64,000 nt of DNA from Rebecca billardiae RCC1528 (taxonomy: Eukaryota; Protista; Haptophyta): assembly GCA_965240325.2 (NCBI GenBank), contig OZ251228.1, positions 2,728,001 through 2,792,000 of the forward strand, read 5' to 3'. Below the pieces are notes generated by a model. That model made no database searches. It was not told where the DNA came from and saw only the letters and a list, made by a program, of their open reading frames with translations. The translations under genes were made by a program, and so were the position numbers. Of the stretch, positions 58,208 through 64,000 are shown one piece after another. The stretch's first letter is position 1; each line of letters begins with the position of its first letter.

Positions 58208-60259
58208 TTGGTCGGCGACTCGGAAGTCGAATGTTCGGACCCCTCTGTACGGACTCCGGACAGGCCGTCAGCGCGGCCTTTCACGCCCTCCAGCTCGGCC
58301 CCAGGCTACGCCGCGGGCGACGCGCGCGCCAGCCGGTGCGCTGCGCACACGCTGGCCGGCATGGTCGACGTGAAGAGCACCAAGTGTGATCACGCCGGCT
58401 GCACCAAGAGGCCTTGTTTCGGCATGCCAGGCGACGCGCGCGCCAGCCGGTGCGCTACGCACAAGCTGACCGGCATGGTCAACGTGGTGAGCCCCAAGTG
58501 TGATCACACTGACTGCTCCAAGGTGCCTCACTTCGGCATGCCGGGCGACGCGCGCGCCAGCCGGTGCGCTGCGCACACGCTGGCCGGCATGGTCGACGTG
58601 AAGAGCCCCAAGTGTGATTACGAGGGCTGCACCAAGCAGCCTTCGTTCGGCATGCCGGGTGACGCGCGCGCCAGCCGGTGTGCCACGCACAAGCTGGCCG
58701 GCATGGTCGACGTGAGGAGCCCCAAGTGTGATCACACCGGCTGCACCGCGCGGCCTTCCTTCGGCATGCCGGGCGACGCGCGCGCCAGCCGGTGCGCTAC
58801 GCACAAGCTGGCCGGCATGGTCAACGTGAGGAGCCTCAAGTGTGATCACACCGGCTGCACCAAGGGGCCTTTGTTCGGCATGCCGGGCGACGCGCGCCCC
58901 AGCCGGTGCGCTGCGCACAAGCTGGCCGGCATGGTCGACGTGAAGAACCCCAAGTGTGATCACGCGGGCTGCACCAAGGGGCCTTCGTTCGGCATGCCGG
59001 GCAACGCGCGCGCCCGCCGATGCGCTACGCACAAGCTGGCCGGCATGGTCGACTTGCAGCACCCCAAGTGTGATCACGTCAGTTGCATCAAGCGGCCTTC
59101 GTTCGGCATGCCAGGCGACGCGCGCGCCAGCCGGTGCGCTGAGCACAAGCTGACCGGCATGGTCAACGTGGTGAGCCCCAAGTGTGATCACGCTGGCTGC
59201 ACCACGCGGCCTTCATTCGGCATGCCGGGCGACGCGCGCGCCAGCCGGTGCGCTACGCACAAGCTGGTCGGCATGGTCGACGTGATGAGCCGCAACTGCG
59301 ATCACACCGGCTGCACCGCGCGGCCTTCCTTCGGCATGCCGGGCGACGCGCGCGCCAGCCGGTGCGCTACGCACAAGCTGGCCGGCATGGTCGACGTGAG
59401 GCACCCCAAGTGGAGGAGCCTCAAGTGTGATCACACCGGCTGCACCAAGGGGCCTTCGTTCGGCATGCCGGGCGACGCGCGCGCCAGCCGGTGCGCTACG
59501 CACACGCTGGCCGGCATGGTCGACGTGAGGCACCCCAAGTGTGATCACGCTGGCTGCACCACGCGGCCTTCATTCGGCATGCCGGGCGACGCGCGCGCCA
59601 GCCGGTGCGCTGCGCACACGCTGGCCGGCATGGTCGACATCGTGAGCCCAAAGTGTGATCACACTGACTGCTCCAAGGTGCCTCACTTCGGCATGCCAGG
59701 CGACGCACGCGCCAGCCGATGCGCTACGCACAAGCTGGCCGGCATGGTCGACGTGAGGAGCCTCAAGTGTGATCACACCGGCTGCACTAAGCATCCTTCC
59801 TTCGGCATGCCGGGCGACGCACGCGCCAGCCGATGCGCTACGCACAAGCTGGCCGGCATGGTCGACGTGAGTAGCCGCAAGTGTGATCACACCGGCTGCA
59901 CCAAGGGGCCTTCGTTTGGCATGCCGGGTGACGCGCGCGCCAGCCGGTGCGCTACGCACAAGCTGGCCGGCATGGTATGCAGTCGGCTCGCCGTCCCCAA
60001 GCGCAGGCTGGAGCATGGCACTGGTGACCAGGGCACACGTGCAGCTAAGCGACAGCACAAACGCACCAGCTGCATTGCCACCGTCTCGGACTCCGCCCCG
60101 CAGCTGCCCCAACCATCGCCGCTGCTGGCCGGGAGACTCGAGAGAGGCAACGCGGCGGATGGGCGAACGCCGCCACACGACAGTGACACAGATGATGAGT
60201 CTGACCACTGGACGGTGGCAATCGCATCTGATCTGTCGTCATCGTCTTCGGATGAGTGA
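58208..60259 (+). CDS. EsV-1-7-type tandem-repeat protein, locus F (14 repeats, NLS-like motif and acidic tail); first array Met at 58361
   Basis: Dipeptides KR,KV,KQ,AR,KG,KG,KR,TR,AR,KG,TR,KV,KH,KG. Tail PKRRLE...AAKRQHKR...DSDTDDESDHW...SSSSSDE. Confidence 0.85.
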   Translation: MVGDSEVECSDPSVRTPDRPSARPFTPSSSAPGYAAGDARASRCAAHTLAGMVDVKSTKCDHAGCTKRPCFGMPGDARASRCATHKLTGMVNVVSPKCDHTDCSKVPHFGMPGDARASRCAAHTLAGMVDVKSPKCDYEGCTKQPSFGMPGDARASRCATHKLAGMVDVRSPKCDHTGCTARPSFGMPGDARASRCATHKLAGMVNVRSLKCDHTGCTKGPLFGMPGDARPSRCAAHKLAGMVDVKNPKCDHAGCTKGPSFGMPGNARARRCATHKLAGMVDLQHPKCDHVSCIKRPSFGMPGDARASRCAEHKLTGMVNVVSPKCDHAGCTTRPSFGMPGDARASRCATHKLVGMVDVMSRNCDHTGCTARPSFGMPGDARASRCATHKLAGMVDVRHPKWRSLKCDHTGCTKGPSFGMPGDARASRCATHTLAGMVDVRHPKCDHAGCTTRPSFGMPGDARASRCAAHTLAGMVDIVSPKCDHTDCSKVPHFGMPGDARASRCATHKLAGMVDVRSLKCDHTGCTKHPSFGMPGDARASRCATHKLAGMVDVSSRKCDHTGCTKGPSFGMPGDARASRCATHKLAGMVCSRLAVPKRRLEHGTGDQGTRAAKRQHKRTSCIATVSDSAPQLPQPSPLLAGRLERGNAADGRTPPHDSDTDDESDHWTVAIASDLSSSSSDE

Positions 60260-60270
60260 CCGACCGATGA

Positions 60271-60315
<45 letters not shown>

Positions 60316-60670
60316 CTCTCGTCTATAGATATGTCGTATATATATATATATATACACGCCGCTAGGTCGGCAGGCGGCGACATCGACTACGACCTCAGCC
60401 TCGTCCAAGTGCTTCACCGGAAGGCGCTCGCGGCTCGGCCGCGGCGGCATCTGCCGTCGCCGCCGCGTGCCCCAGGCCGAGGCGGTGCTCCATCCCGCCC
60501 CCGCTCCCGTAGGGGGGCAGGGCTGCGGGTGGCGCACTGCCTGACCTGGTCGGAAGGCGCGGACGCATTCTATATGTGTCTGCTGCACTCTGAGCCTGAC
60601 GCTTGCCCGTTGCATACCACGTCGTTAAATATATACAGAGAGAGAGAGAGAGATTATTATAGATACATTA

Positions 60671-62250
60671 TGACCGCGTTCCGCGGTCCTTTTCCGTAGA
60701 ACGAACGTAGTTCAGGGCCCGCGGTGGCGGTGCACCCTCCATCGCAGTCGTCTATTGACAGACCCGGAGTTGCATGCCCGTACAACTAGACTCCAGCGGC
60801 GCGCCGCCGCCCGCCGCGCCGGGCGCGGGCCCATCGCACTTCGCAGCCGCCGGCGCGGCGCCGATTGTGTACAGGCGGATGCGACGAGGCGTGATCGACG
60901 CATGAGCGCGACTCCACGTGCACGCCAGGCCACGCGAAGCTGACAGCCAGGGAGCACGGTGCGGGGCCGCGGATTCGTTCGGGCCGCTGCTGCTGACTGA
61001 CCGCTGTGGCGCTGTCCCGCGGGTCACCGCGCACCGGCAGCGCCAGGATAGTAGATGATTTGCACTGGTCCGAGTAGGGTTCGACCAGCGCCTGCGCGAC
61101 GGCCGACAGGCGGGCGCGAGGCGTGATCGACGCATGAGCGCAACTCTACGTGCACGCCAGGCCACGCGGAGCTGACAGCCCGAGGGAGCACGGTGCCGAG
61201 GTCGGATGTGCGAGCGGGCACCAGTCACGGATCGTTCGCGCACGCCGCGCGTGCACGGGCTGACACACCTCGATCAGGCTCGGCACGCGTTGCAGAGGCA
61301 CAGCCAGCTCTGGGGACGTCACGCACCACCGTCGCCCGCGCAGCTCGTCCTCCTCGTAGAGTACCGTTCAGTTCCGAGGCGTAGCCCTCGCTCAGAGTCG
61401 TCCGTCGACGATGGACTCGGATCGTCGGCGCTCCCCGGAAAGGCATGGCAAGGGCGGCGCGTGGTGAAGTCGAAGACTCAGAGATCGATCAGTCCGGCAT
61501 CAGGCGCCGCTGCCCCCGAGCTTGCGAGAGCCCGAATACAGGGCGGCTGCCGCGGCGCGGCCGGGGCGCCCCGCGGCGACCGGGCGCGCGGCCGCGCGCA
61601 GGCATCGACACGGGGCGGCGGGGGCGCGCGGAGTGAGCGGGCGGGCACGAACGCGATGTCGACGGCAGTCGGGACCCGCCGCAGCCGCGCGCTCCAGGCG
61701 CCACTCGCCGCGCGCACCTGCCCATCGCCGTCCTCACCCGTCGGTCGCTCGTGGCTCGCCTCCTCGGAGCTCCTGGCGCCGCAGCCGCGGCGTACAAACG
61801 CGGGCCGCTGACACGCCGCGCGCGCCGCGCCCCCTCCGGCTCCGACTATACGGATAGCTGCGGCGGGTATTTTCAATGTCTCGCACTATTGAAGTTGGTT
61901 GGACGATTATGTCAACGGTCGTTCTTGGCATCTTGCAGCGGCGAGGCCATATTGTTTTACTATGGTCACACTACATTAAGGAGAGTCTACCCACAATTAC
62001 CCTGCCTCGCACACTTGGGCGTGGGTTTCGTTGATTCCTCTGTTCACTATTCAAGACGGCGGACGCGTCCTTTTTCGACGAGGATGCACCTGTAAGGGAG
62101 TCTCAAAATTCGAAACTCGGTCTCCTCCAGCCCTAAAATTGTCCCCCGTGGCCCGTCCCTTTTTTCTTTGATCAAAGATCTTTTTGAAACGTGGTTCGGG
62201 CCCGCTGGTGCGGGCTCCACGCTGCGCGCTCCGCCCTGCACCGCGGGCCA
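60671..62250 (-). mobile_element. Non-autonomous Helitron2/Helentron-like element, copy 5 (diverged alpha)
   Basis: Reverse-complement termini; 5' part matches copy 3. Confidence 0.7.
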
Positions 62251-62530
62251 TAAACTACTATCACTTATTTCAATATTATAAATATATATATATTATATTA
62301 TTCTGACGACGATATCGTCGATGCTGGCATCGACATCTGTCATCCATCCGCCAGGCCGCGCACGCGATCGGTCGCTTCGGCCTCCATCCATGATATTCAT
62401 CGGGCTTAATATTCCATCCGCCATCGCCTCTGCCATCGGGCTCGGCAGCCTTCGACGCCTCACGGAGGAGCGCCGAGGCACTTGCGCTGCCAAGTGCTGG
62501 TCGGGAAGCACCGCATCGTGGCGTCACCGC

Positions 62531-63739
62531 TCACGACAATGTGCTCATCCCTGCGCGCGGCGATGGCGCCCGTGGCAGGGCGGACGGAGCGCGAGTGAGG
62601 AAGGGCGGATGGATGACGCGGGCGCGAGGGCGCGCGCGGCGGCGCCGCGGCTGTGCGCGGGCGCGTGCCGCACCTGGGTGGTGGAAGAGGATCGAGCGCG
62701 TCCGCGTCGACTTGATGCCCGCGCCGGGCTTCCACGGGTTGGCCAGGTTGGCCGCCTCGGCCCTCTTTCTGTCCAGCTCGGCCTGCCACCGCTCCTGCTC
62801 CGGGTCGGGCAGGTGCTCCGGGAACTTGTTGAGCGAGCCGTCGGCCGCGCCCTTGGCCTTGGCCGGGTACCACGGCTTCTCGACGTGGACCTTGACCTCG
62901 GGCTTCTCCTTCTTGGCGGGCATGTCGACGGGGGCGTACACCGTCGACGCGGCCACCGTGCGCGTCTGGTCGAAGTAGTCCAGCGAGTGCGACATCCCCT
63001 TGAAGGGCTGCGGCTGGCGCAGCGCCTTGGACTTTGCGCGCGCGTCCATCTCGAGCTTGCGCGCGAGGTTGTACGGCTCCGAGTAGTACTCGAACTCCTT
63101 GCCCAGCTTGTGGGGCACGCCCTTGGGCTGCGGCGCGCCGAAGAGAATCCCCGGCGTGTTGAACCGCCCCTTCTTCGACGGCATCGTCATCATCTGCCGC
63201 GACTCGTGATCGACCGGGTCGGGCGGGCCGTCCGTCTTGCCGCCGTCAAACTCGCCCGCGTGGTGGAACTTGGCGCCGATCGTGCCGTAGTAGTTGCCCA
63301 GCCCGGAGGACTTCTTGTTGGGCGAGGAGTACTTGAAGCCGTGGTCCGTCAGGTTCTTCTTCTTCTCCTCCAGCGAGTGCTTCCGCGAGCGCTCAAAGTC
63401 CGACATCCACTTCTCGCCCTGCGCGCGCGCGTGGGCGCGCGGCGCGGTCGCGCGGTCGCGCGCCATGGCGGCGTGAGCGCGCGCGGGCGACCGCGGCGGC
63501 GGACCGGGCGTGACGGGGTGTCCAGGCGCGCGCCGTACCTCGTATAAGCGCTTGTAGTCCTTGTGAATCTCGTGCTTGGGCACGGGCCCGGCCGAGAAGT
63601 TGCGCACGCCTCTCAAGCGCATGTCTGTCTGCTTCGGCTTATCGTACGGATCGCCAATGCCGTGTGACGGGGGCCACGAGAATGTGCCCAGGTTGTTCAT
63701 CGTGTTGGGCATCATGTTCGGGACTGAGGACGACACCAT
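62531..63739 (-). CDS. Cilia/flagella-associated CFAP96 (C4orf47/UPF0602)-like protein (likely introns 63419-63538, 62551-62673)
   Basis: IGDPY, KKSSGLGNYYGTIG and PSKKG motifs recalled from the C4orf47 family. In-frame GT-AG introns remove the Arg/Ala-rich stretches. Confidence 0.65.
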   Translation of the reverse strand: MVSSSVPNMMPNTMNNLGTFSWPPSHGIGDPYDKPKQTDMRLRGVRNFSAGPVPKHEIHKDYKRLYEVRRAPGHPVTPGPPPRSPARAHAAMARDRATAPRAHARAQGEKWMSDFERSRKHSLEEKKKNLTDHGFKYSSPNKKSSGLGNYYGTIGAKFHHAGEFDGGKTDGPPDPVDHESRQMMTMPSKKGRFNTPGILFGAPQPKGVPHKLGKEFEYYSEPYNLARKLEMDARAKSKALRQPQPFKGMSHSLDYFDQTRTVAASTVYAPVDMPAKKEKPEVKVHVEKPWYPAKAKGAADGSLNKFPEHLPDPEQERWQAELDRKRAEAANLANPWKPGAGIKSTRTRSILFHHPGAARARAQPRRRRARPRARVIHPPFLTRAPSALPRAPSPRAGMSTLS

Positions 63740-64000
63740 GGCTGCTCACCCGCGCGGTGGCTGCGCCCGCGCCCTCGCCCGAGCCTCGTGTGTGGTGTGT
63801 GCGCCAATGGGCGACCTTGTTACACCTCGCTGAGACGCTGCAAGGTATGACAATGGCCGCGAAACGAACTGGGTAACCTCCTACGGTAACAGGGTTCCTT
63901 GTCCTCGTTTTTTTTTTTTTTCCCTTTATAACGGGCTCCGGGTGATCAGACTGGCGGCCGAAGCCTCCAGCCCTACCCTGGCCAGCCCCCAACCAACCAC

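Noticed and set aside
38-60208. Long antisense ORFs over the arrays (MITLG..HVDHAGQLVRSAPAGARVARHAE)
   Set aside because: Shadow frames of the GC-rich 114-bp repeat. They are broken by stops at synonymous variants while the Cys/His frame stays open.
1-64000. Endogenous giant-virus insertion suggested by the EsV-1-7 name
   Set aside because: No capsid, packaging ATPase, polB or other viral core genes were recognised; neighbouring genes are intron-containing host-type genes.

Overview
GC-rich eukaryotic DNA with GT-AG introns (GTGCGC-type donors); a microalgal/haptophyte-like source is my inference. Host-type genes are present: an NSUN/Trm4-like RNA m5C methyltransferase, tRNA-splicing endonuclease Sen34, an EF-hand-like protein, a WD40 protein, a membrane-anchored clostripain-like C11 protease and a CFAP96/C4orf47-like protein. 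They are interleaved with dense, nested mobile DNA. The main signal is six loci (A-F; at least 6, 9, 9, 9, 8 and 14 repeats) encoding tandem arrays of a near-invariant 38-aa (114-bp) C-x4-C-x16-C-x2-H unit of the EsV-1-7 cysteine-rich type. Variation is concentrated in two short hypervariable windows per unit, and every complete array (B-F) ends in a bipartite NLS-like tail. Two near-identical duplicated loci (D, E) carry different arrays, and multi-repeat blocks are shared between unrelated loci. Two arrays are head-to-head with the same unknown partner gene, and several lie next to a five-copy non-autonomous Helitron2/Helentron-like element family. Together this suggests a rapidly re-shuffled modular (TALE/PRDM9-like) zinc-repeat binding system. 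That is inference; no binding or function is shown. Many insertions can be delimited exactly using empty-site paralogues inside the window.
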